From: Alphaproteobacteria bacterium
Lineage (GTDB): Bacteria; Pseudomonadota; Alphaproteobacteria; GM7ARS4; G965262615
Direction of reading: 5' to 3'
Assembly: GCA_965262615.1 (NCBI GenBank)
Contig: OZ253545.1
Coordinates: 1,152,001-1,216,000, forward strand
Length of the DNA: 64,000 nucleotides
The notes below the pieces were generated by a model. The model ran no database searches and was not told the DNA's origin. It was given only the letters and a program-made list of their open reading frames with translations. The position numbers and the translations under genes were made by a program. Below are positions 36,758-46,863 of this stretch, in pieces. Every line of letters starts with the position of its first letter. Position 1 is the stretch's first letter.

Positions 36758-37365
36758 GAACGCTCCCGCAACAGACGCGATGCCTGCGGCATTTTTTTTG
36801 TGGAAAAAAACACCCATGCGGGCGGATTCATCACAGCCAGTTTATGACTCACACGAGGCGAACGGCGGGCGTATGCCACGCGTTTTGCCACCATGCCTCC
36901 AAGGGCGCGATAATCATCAGCTCCACGGGCAAACACCGCCAGAGACACCCGTTTCACAAACAGCGACCACCGATGCCATAAAGGCAAGGACACCAAACAA
37001 TCCGCGCCCATCACCCACACAAAACGCAGAACGCAGCCGCCGCGCCGATACCGATGTTGCAAAAAACAAATGGTTTCATAACTGGAACGAAGATTGTAAC
37101 GATATTCTAAATCACTGACCACAATTTTTTTATGATTTTTTGTCATGCGCCGAGCATGAGACACTCTCTGCTGCAATGTCATGTGAGGGTCATTTTTGAG
37201 GGGGTTTTGAGTCGCCACCAGCCACCAGAGTTCATCCAACCGCAACAGCCGTATGGCTTGCAGGCTGATAAAAAGATGTCCCTCGTGCGGAGGATCAAAC
37301 GAGCCTCCCAGCAATCCAACACGGCGATAGCGGCGCGTGTGCCCCTCACGGGCGGCATTGTCCAT
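36754..37365 (-). CDS. nadD: Nicotinate-nucleotide adenylyltransferase
   Basis: GLLGGSFDPPHEGH, NPLK and WVMGAD motifs. Confidence 0.93.
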   Translation of the reverse strand: MDNAAREGHTRRYRRVGLLGGSFDPPHEGHLFISLQAIRLLRLDELWWLVATQNPLKNDPHMTLQQRVSHARRMTKNHKKIVVSDLEYRYNLRSSYETICFLQHRYRRGGCVLRFVWVMGADCLVSLPLWHRWSLFVKRVSLAVFARGADDYRALGGMVAKRVAYARRSPRVSHKLAVMNPPAWVFFSTKKMPQASRLLRERS

Positions 37366-38617
37366 CGCCCACCACCTGATACTTGTAACTGGTCAATTCT
37401 CGCAACCCCACAGGACCTCGGGCATGCAAGCGTCCTGTGGCAATGCCAATCTCCGCTCCCATGCCAAACTCACCGCCATCGGCAAACTGCGTGGAGGCAT
37501 TGTGCATCACAATGGCGGCATCCACCTCTTGCAAAAAACGAGCGGCGGCGGATTCATTCTCAGTGATAATCGCCTCAGTGTGCAGCGAGCCGTGACGAGC
37601 AATGTGAGCCAGTGCCTCATCAATTCCCGCCACGCATTTGATGGAGACGATGTCATCCAAATACTCGGTGTTCCAATCATCATCGCTCGCCTTTTGCACT
37701 CGCCCATCCAATGCACACACCGCATCATCCCCTCGCACAACGCATTGTTTGTCCAGCAGTGCCGTCACCAGATTGTGCCCCAGCGATGAGACGATGGATT
37801 CGTCCAGCAAAATGGTCTCGGTCGCCCCACAAATGCCCGAGCGGCGCATCTTGGCATTGACACACACCGCCACCGCCTTGTCCCCATCGGCATCCTCATG
37901 AACATAACTGTGACACAGTCCCATGAGATGATACAACACGGGAATGCGACTCTCTTGCGCCACTCGCGCCACCAAACTTTGACCGCCCCGCGGCACAAGA
38001 ACATCAATATATTGACTCATGGACAGCAAAATTCCCACCGCCTCACGAGACGCTGTGGGCACCATCTGAATGGCGGCAGGCGGCAATTGGTGTGCCGCCA
38101 ATGCCTCCATGAGAATGTCGGTAATCAGACGAGAGGTGGCAAAAGATTCAGACCCCGGACGCAAGATCACCGCATTGCCCGCCTTCAAACACAATGCGCC
38201 GGCATCCGCCGTCACATTGGGACGAGACTCAAAAATCACCCCCACAACCCCCAGAGGAACACGAACACGCCGAATGTGCAAACCATTGGGACGCGTGCTC
38301 TCACCCATCACCTCGCCCACAGGGTCATCCAACCGAGCGATGGCTTCCATCCCCGATGCCATGCCCTCAATGCCCTTGGCATCAAGAGTCAAGCGATTGA
38401 TAAAGGCAGCATTGTAATCTTTGCCCTCGCTGTTCTTGAGGTCGGTGGCATTGGCGGCAAGAATATCATCCTGACGATGACGCACCAATTGTGCCATGCT
38501 CATCAGTGCTCTGTTTTTTGTCTCCGTAGAGGCACTCGCCAAGATGCGCGCAGCATCACGGGCATCTTCGCCCATGTGAAGCATTTGTTTGTGCAAATCG
38601 GTGAGAGGCTTTGTCAT
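37346..38617 (-). CDS. proA: Gamma-glutamyl phosphate reductase
   Basis: FESRPNVT, NASTQFADGGEFG and LHARGPVG motifs. Confidence 0.96.
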   Translation of the reverse strand: MTKPLTDLHKQMLHMGEDARDAARILASASTETKNRALMSMAQLVRHRQDDILAANATDLKNSEGKDYNAAFINRLTLDAKGIEGMASGMEAIARLDDPVGEVMGESTRPNGLHIRRVRVPLGVVGVIFESRPNVTADAGALCLKAGNAVILRPGSESFATSRLITDILMEALAAHQLPPAAIQMVPTASREAVGILLSMSQYIDVLVPRGGQSLVARVAQESRIPVLYHLMGLCHSYVHEDADGDKAVAVCVNAKMRRSGICGATETILLDESIVSSLGHNLVTALLDKQCVVRGDDAVCALDGRVQKASDDDWNTEYLDDIVSIKCVAGIDEALAHIARHGSLHTEAIITENESAAARFLQEVDAAIVMHNASTQFADGGEFGMGAEIGIATGRLHARGPVGLRELTSYKYQVVGDGQCRP

Positions 38618-39732
38618 GACGATACCAACCACAAATCATCGCGATCTATGATATCGGTGTCATCATAGGGAAAAACCTCGCTCGTGTCATCTTTTTTCTT
38701 CTGCCACTGGGCATCATCCCACGCGACAATTCCCTTGCCAATGACACTGTCTTCACTGATTAAAGAGACGACATCGCCTCGTGAAAATGCTCCTTGCACA
38801 TCATGAATATACTGTGCCTGTAGTGATTCTCCCTTCTGCAAAGCCGACAAACAAGATTTATCAAGAACTAATTGAGCTTTGACGGGTGTCTGTTTTTTGA
38901 GCCACAATTGCCGCGCCTCACGAGGTGAGTGTTGCGCTAAGAAAGATGTGCATCGCCCCCTCCCTTGTTGCAGACGATTCATGACATCGTCATGGCGACC
39001 ATCGGCAATAATCATGTGACATCCCGCCGCCATGGCAACGCTGGCGGCTTGCAGTTTGGTCACCATGCCGCCCGAGCCAAAAGCCGCCGCCGTTCCCGCC
39101 ATTTGTTTGATATCCTCACCGATGGCATGACGCACCACCTCAATATGACGCGCACTTGAATTATGACGAGGGTCTTGCTCATAGAGTCCATCCACATCGG
39201 ACAGCAGCAACAAGCCATCCGCCATCGCCACCTTTGCCACCAGTGCCGCCAAGCGATCATTGTCACCAAAAATAATCTCATCGGCGGCAATGGAGTCATT
39301 TTCGTTGATGATGGGAATCGCCCCCGCCTGCCACAAATGACGCATGGTGGCGCGCGCCCCCAGCGGCAGGCGTTCCATGTCGTCCCATGTGAGCAAAATC
39401 TGAGCACTGGTGATGTCATGGGCCTCCAGTGCCTCGCGCCACAGACGCATGAGGCGAATCTGTCCGACAGCGGCGGCGGCTTGTTGTTGCGCCACGCTCA
39501 TCTGTGAACGCATCACCCCATACAGCACCGACCCCAAAGCCACCGCACCGGACGACACAATGGCAATCTCATAGCCCTGTGTTCGCAAGCGCGCCACATC
39601 CGCCACCAGTGATGAAATAAAAGAAAGGCGCGGCGCACCGTCATCATCACACACCAAAGACGACCCCACCTTAATGACAAGGCGGCGCATATCAGCCAAA
39701 AGCCGTTGAGGATGAAGTTTTTTATCCATCAA
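38614..39732 (-). CDS. proB: Glutamate 5-kinase
   Basis: KVGSS, SSGAVA, INEND, FGDNDRL and GGMVTK motifs; PUA-like tail. Confidence 0.95.
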   Translation of the reverse strand: MMDKKLHPQRLLADMRRLVIKVGSSLVCDDDGAPRLSFISSLVADVARLRTQGYEIAIVSSGAVALGSVLYGVMRSQMSVAQQQAAAAVGQIRLMRLWREALEAHDITSAQILLTWDDMERLPLGARATMRHLWQAGAIPIINENDSIAADEIIFGDNDRLAALVAKVAMADGLLLLSDVDGLYEQDPRHNSSARHIEVVRHAIGEDIKQMAGTAAAFGSGGMVTKLQAASVAMAAGCHMIIADGRHDDVMNRLQQGRGRCTSFLAQHSPREARQLWLKKQTPVKAQLVLDKSCLSALQKGESLQAQYIHDVQGAFSRGDVVSLISEDSVIGKGIVAWDDAQWQKKKDDTSEVFPYDDTDIIDRDDLWLVSS

Positions 39733-40762
39733 GAGGATGCCACTCAGTCACAGTGCTGGTCTCTTCTTGGCTCTGATGCAATCGCGCCACATGATTCAAC
39801 AAGCCATCCCATTCACCAGTGACGCATGAAATGGCAAAAATGTGTCTGTGTCCGCTTTCTTTTTGCAAGGCATCACGCCAGCGAGAGATTTCAGACGAAG
39901 AACACACATCAATTTTATTCACCGCCACAACGAAAGGTTTGTCATGAAGAGGGGTGTGATAAGAAGCCAGTTCCTCGCGCAAAGTCCGAAACTGCGTGAG
40001 CGGGTCACCACTGTCGCCATCCAGCAGCCACAGCAAAACAGAACAGCGTTCAATGTGTCCCAAAAAACGCGAGCCAAGACCAATGCCCTGATGGGCATCC
40101 TCAACCAATCCCGGAATATCGGCAAACACGATGCGTCTGTCATCATTCTCATAGACCCCCAGCCCCACATGGACAGTGGTGAAGGGATAGTCACCCACAC
40201 TGGCATCGGCATTGGTGACGGCGCGCAAAAAGCTGGATTTTCCCGCATTGGGACATCCCACAATACCCACATCGGCAATGACCTTAAGGCGCAGACGAAT
40301 GGTGCGCTCCTCGCCCGCCTCACCCCTTTGCGCAAAGCGCGGCGTGCGCTTGACAGAACTTTTGAAATGGGTATTGCCATAACCGCCTCTGCCACCACGA
40401 CAAATGCGATATTGTTTGCCCTCCTGATTCAAATCGGCAAAAAGCAGCCGTCCATCCTCACTGACAATCTCGCATCCCAGTGGCACATCCACCACCAGTG
40501 GTTCGGCATGCTTGCCACTGCGATTTTTGCCGGCACCATCGCCGCCGCGCCGAGCTTTGAAGTGAGAGCGATAGCGAAAGTCAATCAAAGTGTTCAAAGC
40601 GGCATTGGCTTGCAAAATGACATCGCCGCCGCGTCCGCCATTGCCGCCATCGGGTCCCCCTTTGGGCAAGCATGACTCCCTGCGAAAACTCACCGACCCA
40701 TGCCCGCCACCGCCACTGGCAAGATGCACCACCACCTCATCCAAAAAACGCATGAGCATCAA
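39722..40762 (-). CDS. obgE: GTPase Obg
   Basis: [29 protein letters not shown] and NKID motifs. Confidence 0.96.
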   Translation of the reverse strand: MMLMRFLDEVVVHLASGGGGHGSVSFRRESCLPKGGPDGGNGGRGGDVILQANAALNTLIDFRYRSHFKARRGGDGAGKNRSGKHAEPLVVDVPLGCEIVSEDGRLLFADLNQEGKQYRICRGGRGGYGNTHFKSSVKRTPRFAQRGEAGEERTIRLRLKVIADVGIVGCPNAGKSSFLRAVTNADASVGDYPFTTVHVGLGVYENDDRRIVFADIPGLVEDAHQGIGLGSRFLGHIERCSVLLWLLDGDSGDPLTQFRTLREELASYHTPLHDKPFVVAVNKIDVCSSSEISRWRDALQKESGHRHIFAISCVTGEWDGLLNHVARLHQSQEETSTVTEWHPLDG

Positions 40763-41016
40763 GTGGGAGGAATAATATGCACCGATAAGCGTTTGCCCCT
40801 GCCGCAGTGAAACCGCACCACGCCATCGGTCATGGCAAACAAACTGTGATCCTTTCCCATGCCCACATGGTCACCGGCGTGATATTTCGTGCCTCGCTGA
40901 CGCACAAGAATATTGCCCGCCCGCACATGCTCGCCGCCATACTTCTTGACACCCAGCCGTCTGCCGGCAGAATCTCTGCCGTTGCGTGAGCTTCCTCCTG
41001 ATTTCTTATGAGCCAT
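40759..41016 (-). CDS. rpmA: 50S ribosomal protein L27
   Basis: [26 protein letters not shown]. Confidence 0.98.
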   Translation of the reverse strand: MAHKKSGGSSRNGRDSAGRRLGVKKYGGEHVRAGNILVRQRGTKYHAGDHVGMGKDHSLFAMTDGVVRFHCGRGKRLSVHIIPPT

Positions 41017-41034
41017 AGCCGTCTCTCCCTTTGC

Positions 41035-41349
41035 TCATGCACCGAGAATGGCATCAATGCGCACCACCGTCTGATGCTGGCGATGACCATTCTTGCGGCG
41101 ATAGCCTTTGCGTCTTTTTTTCTTAAAGACCACAATTTTATCAGAGCGTCCCTGAGCAATAACAGTGGCGCGCACTTTGGCTTTGCCCGAAGGCTTTGCA
41201 GGCGTCAATTTTTTTGCATCGTCCGCCAGCAAACACACCGATTCAAACGCCACCGTCTCGCCAACGCCCTGTTCAAGACGCTCAACGGCAATCTCATCCT
41301 TGGCACGCACCTTGTATTGCTTGCCGCCTGTTTCAATAATCGCAAACAT
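41035..41349 (-). CDS. rplU: 50S ribosomal protein L21
   Basis: MFAIIETGGKQYKV...FKKKRRK..GHRQ. Confidence 0.97.
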   Translation of the reverse strand: MFAIIETGGKQYKVRAKDEIAVERLEQGVGETVAFESVCLLADDAKKLTPAKPSGKAKVRATVIAQGRSDKIVVFKKKRRKGYRRKNGHRQHQTVVRIDAILGA

Positions 41350-41381
41350 GGACGAGAGATTGCCCTGTTCTGAGCCATTGG

Positions 41382-42152
41382 TCAAGAGCTGCTCATCATG
41401 TCATTGAGTGAGCTCATGGAGCGCGGCTCGGTGCTGGAGGGCATGATTCCCGCCAAAAACGCCTCTCTTCCGGCAATGACGGCATTCTTCATGGCGCGCG
41501 CCATGCCAATGGGGTCTTTGGCTCGTGCCACCGCCGAATTCACCAGCACGCCGTCACAGCCCAATTCCATCGCCAGACACGCATCACTGGGCGCGCCAAT
41601 GCCGGCATCCACAATCACAGGACACGCCACCGCCGCGCGAATCAGACGAATGTTATGAGGATTACGCACACCAAGCCCCGTGCCAATGGGCGCAGCCAAC
41701 GGCATCACCGCCGCACACCCCAGCGACTCCAAATGACGACACAGCATGGGGTCATCGGAACAATAGGGCAAAACCACAAAACCCTCGCTCACCAATTGGC
41801 GCGCCGCCGTCAATAATCCTTCGGGGTCTGGCAAAAGAGACTCTTTATCACCAATCACTTCCAATTTAATCCAGTCAGTTTCCAGTGCCTCGCGCGCCAA
41901 TTGGGCGGTGAGAACCGCTTCTTGCGAAGTCTCACATCCTGCGGTGTTGGGCAAAATGACATAGTCTTGCCAAATCTTGTGCTGCTCATTGGCATCACCA
42001 TGAGGCAATCGCCGCATCGCCACCGTCACCATGCCCGCCTCGCCCGCTCGCAGAGCCTGCTGCATGGTCGCCATATCGGCAAATCCGGCACTGCCCATCA
42101 AAAGACGAGACGACAGTGTCAGTCCTCCCAGCTGCAACTCGTCCGCCATCAT
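41382..42152 (-). CDS. thiG: Thiazole synthase
   Basis: LPNTAGC, WIKLEVI, MPLAAPIGTG and VDAGIG motifs. Confidence 0.96.
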   Translation of the reverse strand: MMADELQLGGLTLSSRLLMGSAGFADMATMQQALRAGEAGMVTVAMRRLPHGDANEQHKIWQDYVILPNTAGCETSQEAVLTAQLAREALETDWIKLEVIGDKESLLPDPEGLLTAARQLVSEGFVVLPYCSDDPMLCRHLESLGCAAVMPLAAPIGTGLGVRNPHNIRLIRAAVACPVIVDAGIGAPSDACLAMELGCDGVLVNSAVARAKDPIGMARAMKNAVIAGREAFLAGIMPSSTEPRSMSSLNDMMSSS

Positions 42153-42358
42153 CCGCCCACCACCGCGCGCACAATCTCAATGCGATCCCCATCCTGAACG
42201 CAATAATCCTGCCACGATGCGCGCCGCACCAACCGCTCATTGACCGCCACCGCCACCGAACCCCGCATCTCATAAGATGCCAAAACCTGAGGCAAAGAGC
42301 ATCCTTCCTCATAATCGTGAGGCTCGCCATTGATGGTCACCCGCACCATGTGTTTCAT
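42149..42358 (-). CDS. thiS: Sulfur carrier ThiS
   Basis: AVAVN, GDRIEIV and C-terminal GG. Confidence 0.94.
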   Translation of the reverse strand: MKHMVRVTINGEPHDYEEGCSLPQVLASYEMRGSVAVAVNERLVRRASWQDYCVQDGDRIEIVRAVVGG

Positions 42359-43500
42359 GCCACTTTCTCCCGTACACCCTCGCTAAGGCGCGCTAAACTC
42401 ATGACTTCATAGGGATTTTGCTCTTGGCGATACCAGCTTTGCACCGCCTGTGCCGTCAGAGGGGCAAGTAAAACACCATTGCGATAGTGTCCCGTGGCAA
42501 TAAACAATCCCGCCATGTGCCAGTGGTCTGGTGCCGCCCCCACGATTGGTAAGCCGTCATGGGAGGCGGGACGCAACGATGTTTTCATGGTGACAAATTC
42601 CATCTCGTCCAGCAACGGCATCCATTGTCTGCCATGATGCAACAAGTCAAACAATGCTCCCGTTGCGCCATAGTTGGCAAATCCCACCTCATCACTGCTC
42701 GCCCCCAGCAACAGACGACCATCACCGCGCATCACCGCATAATACTGCCGCCACGCCACCATGTGGGAAATCAGTGGCTTGCCCTGCAACACGGAATCTT
42801 CACGAGCTCGCAGTGTGACAATTTGTCCTCGCACGGGGCGAATCCATGATGACCACTGCGGCGGCAATCCCTTGATGACCGAGCTCCACGCCCCCGCCGC
42901 CAGGACGATGCGGTTCATGGCATGAATCTCGCCATCCACGCGCAATCCCGTCACACTGCCCTTGCTGGATATAATCTCCTGCACCGTCGCGCCCTCATGA
43001 ATTGTGCCGCCGCCCTTCTCCACCGCTCGCCGCAATGCCGTCATGACGGCAACGCTATCCACGCTTTTCTCGCCCTCACAAAGCCAACCGCCATGGGTGC
43101 GCGCCATAAACGGCTCTTTGGCTGCCACCTCATCCGCCGTCAGCCAACGGGCATGGTCACGGGTCACGCCATCGCCATAGCGATGCCGCCACGCCGCCAG
43201 ATCATCGCGATGCAACGCCACCATGAGCAACCCATCGGCTCGTTCATCAATATGACACCGTGTCTCTTGGTGCAACAGGCACGCGAAATGCGTCCATTGA
43301 CGCTGTGCCGCTTGCAACAGGGGCAAAAGCTTTTTATGCCACACATCGCCCTCGCCCAATGGTGTCAGCATTGCCGCCGCCGCGCCGCTTGCCTCATTCC
43401 CCAGCCGTCCGCTTTCATAAATGGTCACTTGTGCACCCATGCGCACCAATGACCACGCCGCCGCCAATGACTGTATCCCTCCACCTATAATGCCAATCAT
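42355..43500 (-). CDS. thiO: Glycine oxidase
   Basis: IIGGGI, ASGAAAAML, PVRGQ and TGHYRNGVLLAP motifs; adjacent to thiS-thiG. Confidence 0.92.
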   Translation of the reverse strand: MIGIIGGGIQSLAAAWSLVRMGAQVTIYESGRLGNEASGAAAAMLTPLGEGDVWHKKLLPLLQAAQRQWTHFACLLHQETRCHIDERADGLLMVALHRDDLAAWRHRYGDGVTRDHARWLTADEVAAKEPFMARTHGGWLCEGEKSVDSVAVMTALRRAVEKGGGTIHEGATVQEIISSKGSVTGLRVDGEIHAMNRIVLAAGAWSSVIKGLPPQWSSWIRPVRGQIVTLRAREDSVLQGKPLISHMVAWRQYYAVMRGDGRLLLGASSDEVGFANYGATGALFDLLHHGRQWMPLLDEMEFVTMKTSLRPASHDGLPIVGAAPDHWHMAGLFIATGHYRNGVLLAPLTAQAVQSWYRQEQNPYEVMSLARLSEGVREKVA

Positions 43501-43555
43501 GATTGCCTCGCTTCAAGGCATCATCTTAATGAAAATAAACGGCAAAACAAAGGCA

Positions 43556-43712
43556 TCAATTCATCGCCATGACCGTGCTCCGCCAACTTCTTGCACAAAC
43601 GACACACATACACATCAATAAAGATGTCAATTCATCGCCATGACCGTGCTCCGCCAACTTCTTGCACAAACGACACACATACACATCAATAAAGATGTCA
43701 ATTCATCGCCAT
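43556..43712. repeat. 71-bp tandem repeat (2.2 copies) derived from the CtrA-like gene 3' end
   Basis: tcaattcatcgccat at 43556, 43627 and 43698; the core matches 43757-43816 with one mismatch. Confidence 0.95.
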
Positions 43713-44444
43713 CGTTGGCGCAAAGCAGTAGCCTCGTCCCCAGACGGTGCGAATTACATCGCCATGACCGTGCTCCGCCAACTTCTTGCGCAAACGACAC
43801 ACATACACATCAATAATGCGACAGTCCGCAGGCAACGGATGCTGATACAGACGCAAAAGCAAATCATTTTTATCCAAAACCTCACCCGCATGGCGAATGA
43901 AAATATCCATCATGCGGTATTCCATCCGTGACAGCGATACCTTCCTGCCGTCCATGTCCATATTCAAGGCATCCTCATTCAAGACGAATTCCTCTTTTGC
44001 CGCCCGCGCCAATGTCACAGCTCCATCATTGATGTGCCTGCGATACACCTCATTGGCAAGACGCGCCAGCAACGACGGCAGGGGAATGGGACGCATCAAA
44101 ACATCACTCGCCCCCGCCTGCAAATAACGCACACTGCCCACCAAGTCATACGACCCTTGGGCTTCAATCACAAAACATGCCACCCGCATTGGTGATGCCG
44201 TCAAGGAAGTCACATAGGCTGTGCACGCCAGCTCATCCAAACCGTCTCCCCGCATGAAAATCACCGCATCATACACAGCTCCACCCTGACGAGACAGCAG
44301 ATGAAATAAATTAAACTTTTTTATGTGAATCATGTCCACATGATAGCCATCATCATGCAAACCATGACGCACAATCATACGGTCAGCATCATGACCCGTA
44401 TGAACAACAAGAATTCGAGCGTCCATGTTTCCCCCTTTTTCCAT
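43698..44444 (-). CDS. CtrA-like OmpR/PhoB winged-helix regulator with degenerate receiver
   Basis: IIDVYVCRLRKKL..IRTVWGRGY resembles CtrA; no Asp at the phosphoacceptor position. Confidence 0.8.
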   Translation of the reverse strand: MEKGGNMDARILVVHTGHDADRMIVRHGLHDDGYHVDMIHIKKFNLFHLLSRQGGAVYDAVIFMRGDGLDELACTAYVTSLTASPMRVACFVIEAQGSYDLVGSVRYLQAGASDVLMRPIPLPSLLARLANEVYRRHINDGAVTLARAAKEEFVLNEDALNMDMDGRKVSLSRMEYRMMDIFIRHAGEVLDKNDLLLRLYQHPLPADCRIIDVYVCRLRKKLAEHGHGDVIRTVWGRGYCFAPTMAMN

Positions 44445-44524
44445 TCATGAGTGTCCTTTCTTTGTGTGTGACAAAAATCATCATTGTGTTGCATTTATGA
44501 GAAAAATGTTTCAATGAATTTGAC

Positions 44525-45934
44525 ATGGCGTATATCATTTTAGAAGACGGCGAAACCTCCAAGCCTCATGGTGTGCTGACGCGTTTTTTGACTCTGCATC
44601 ACAAGCAGCGCGCGCGCTATCCTCACATGGTGATGAGCGGCAGTCTTGGCAGTGAGGCGCGCTATAGCATTCTGTTTGCCCATCCACAGCATCACTTGAC
44701 GCTGCATCATGATGGCACACTGCATGGCGGTGATGGCACACGGGGAGATTTTTTGCATCACTTCACCCAGCAGTGGCAAGCGGAACGCGCCGCTCACAAT
44801 GATTCTCCCCCGCCCTTTCCCTTTCGTGGCGGCTGGTTTTTCTTTTTGAGCTATGAGTTTGTCTCGCAATTAGAGCCCCGACTGGCGATGGATTCCAGCC
44901 CTCTGCTTCCCTGTGCTGAGGCGGTGCGCATTCCCGCCGCCATCATTCATGATCATGAGCGCGCCGTCACCTACGCATTTGCCGAAAAGGCACACGCGAG
45001 CCTGTTGGCACAGATGGAGCACGATTGGCACACCGCCAGCAATCAATCGCTCACACCGAATTCTCACCCTCCCCTGCTTTATGACGACATCATTGCCGAC
45101 CCCGCCGAGCAGCATCAAGAGGATGTTGCCCGCTGCATTGAATACATTCATGCGGGCGATGTGTTTCAGGTGAATCTCTCCCGACGCTGGCGCGCCTCTC
45201 TTCCCTCCGACATCACCAATAGCCAGTTGTTTGATCGTCTGATGCAATCCAACCCTGCGCCCTTTGCGGCACTGGCGAGCTGGGACGATGCGGCGATTAT
45301 CAGCTCATCTCCTGAGCGTTTGTGTGCTGTGCGCAATGGCATCATTGAAACGCGCCCCATTGCCGGCACCCGCCCGCGCGGCGCCAGTGCCATGACCGAC
45401 ATTGCCCTGCAGCAAGAACTCAAACACAACCCCAAAGAGCGCGCCGAACACCTCATGCTGGTGGATTTAGAACGCAACGACATCGCTCGCGTCTGTCGTG
45501 CTGGCTCGGTGCAGGTGCGAGATTTCATGACCATTGAATCCTACGCCCATGTGCATCACATCGTCTCGGTCATCACGGGACGCCTCACGCCTCAAGCAAC
45601 GCCTCAGGATGCCCTGCGCGCCGTTTTCCCCGGCGGCACCATCACGGGATGTCCCAAAATTCGCTGCATGGAAATTTTAAGAGACATAGAACGCGCCCCT
45701 CGCCATGCCTACACCGGCTCGCTGGGATACATCAATCACGATGGCAGCATGGATTGTAATATTCTCATTCGCACGATGGTGCGGCATGGCTCTCATATTG
45801 AGTTTCGCGCCGGCGGCGGCATTGTCGCCGACTCCAATCCCCAGCAGGAATTGCATGAAACCCACGCCAAAGCACAAGGACTCATTCGCTCCCTGTGTGG
45901 CGACACCATGGCGCGCGCCGCCATGACGCTATAA
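44525..45934 (+). CDS. pabB: Aminodeoxychorismate synthase component I (TrpE/PabB family)
   Basis: GDVFQVNL, SSSPER, RPIAGT, KERAEHLMLVDLERND and FPGGTITGCPK motifs; next to pabC. Confidence 0.88.
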   Translation: MAYIILEDGETSKPHGVLTRFLTLHHKQRARYPHMVMSGSLGSEARYSILFAHPQHHLTLHHDGTLHGGDGTRGDFLHHFTQQWQAERAAHNDSPPPFPFRGGWFFFLSYEFVSQLEPRLAMDSSPLLPCAEAVRIPAAIIHDHERAVTYAFAEKAHASLLAQMEHDWHTASNQSLTPNSHPPLLYDDIIADPAEQHQEDVARCIEYIHAGDVFQVNLSRRWRASLPSDITNSQLFDRLMQSNPAPFAALASWDDAAIISSSPERLCAVRNGIIETRPIAGTRPRGASAMTDIALQQELKHNPKERAEHLMLVDLERNDIARVCRAGSVQVRDFMTIESYAHVHHIVSVITGRLTPQATPQDALRAVFPGGTITGCPKIRCMEILRDIERAPRHAYTGSLGYINHDGSMDCNILIRTMVRHGSHIEFRAGGGIVADSNPQQELHETHAKAQGLIRSLCGDTMARAAMTL

Positions 45935-46761
45935 TGCTGATGACTCATTCATTCCTCATGCTACAAAGTGATGGCGACTGGGATGGCGACTGGCACAAGG
46001 GAATCATCACGCCAGCCGAGCGAGCATTCAATTACGGCGATGGCTTGTTTGAGACCATGCGCGTGGAAAACAAATCCATTCGCTTCTTGTCTTATCACTG
46101 GCAACGACTCACCGCCAGCTCGGCGCGTCTTGCCATGCCAATGCCCGATGATGCATGGTTGCCTTTGCTTGAAAAAACGGCGCAAGAGTATGATTCCGCC
46201 GTGTTCAAACTCATCTACAGCCGTGGACAAAGCACCCGCGGCTATGGAATTTCACCAAACACCACTCCGTCTCTCTTTTTGCACATCTCCCCCTATGACG
46301 CGCACAAAATGGCATCCTTGGCACACGGTGTCACCGTGCGTTATGGCACATGGCGACTGAACTCGCATCCTCATTTTGGCGGAATCAAACATCTCAATCG
46401 GCTGGAACAGGTGATGGCGCGCCGCGAGTGGCAAGACGACAGCATTTTTGAATCATTGCTCATGGATGTTTCTGATCGCATCATTGAAGGTGTCATGAGC
46501 AATGTCTTTCTTGTGACAGGCGGCTCACTGCGCACCCCATCCTTGCATCAACAAGGTGTGGCGGGCGTGATGCGGCGAGTGGTCATGGAAAACGCACCCT
46601 GTCAAGAGGTCACCGTCACCAAAGATGACATAGAAAACTGCGATGAGATGTTTCTCACCAACGCCCTCATTGGCATCGTGCCGGTCACACAAATGGCAAC
46701 ACGCGTTCTGCCCATCGGCGACATCACGCGCCAATTGATGCAAAAACTTGTAGGTCTTTGA
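45934..46761 (+). CDS. pabC: Aminodeoxychorismate lyase (class IV aminotransferase fold)
   Basis: YGDGLFETMR, GIKHLNRLEQV, EGVMSN, GVAGVMR and FLTNAL motifs; TAATG overlap with pabB. Confidence 0.9.
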   Translation: MLMTHSFLMLQSDGDWDGDWHKGIITPAERAFNYGDGLFETMRVENKSIRFLSYHWQRLTASSARLAMPMPDDAWLPLLEKTAQEYDSAVFKLIYSRGQSTRGYGISPNTTPSLFLHISPYDAHKMASLAHGVTVRYGTWRLNSHPHFGGIKHLNRLEQVMARREWQDDSIFESLLMDVSDRIIEGVMSNVFLVTGGSLRTPSLHQQGVAGVMRRVVMENAPCQEVTVTKDDIENCDEMFLTNALIGIVPVTQMATRVLPIGDITRQLMQKLVGL

Positions 46762-46863
46762 TTGTCCATTTGGCGTTCCCTTGTCGTTTTTGGCGCATCA
46801 CAACTTGTCGTTCCCATCTATTTTCTCTTGTCTCATCGCGACAAAACGGCTATAAAGGTTGCC

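Noticed and set aside
43500-43700. TPP riboswitch upstream of thiO
   Set aside because: No CTGAGA or matching aptamer core is visible; the space is filled by the 71-bp repeat.
43556-43816. CRISPR array or DGR template/variable repeat pair
   Set aside because: The units are contiguous with no unique spacers; there is only one mismatch to the gene; no cas or reverse transcriptase gene is in the window.
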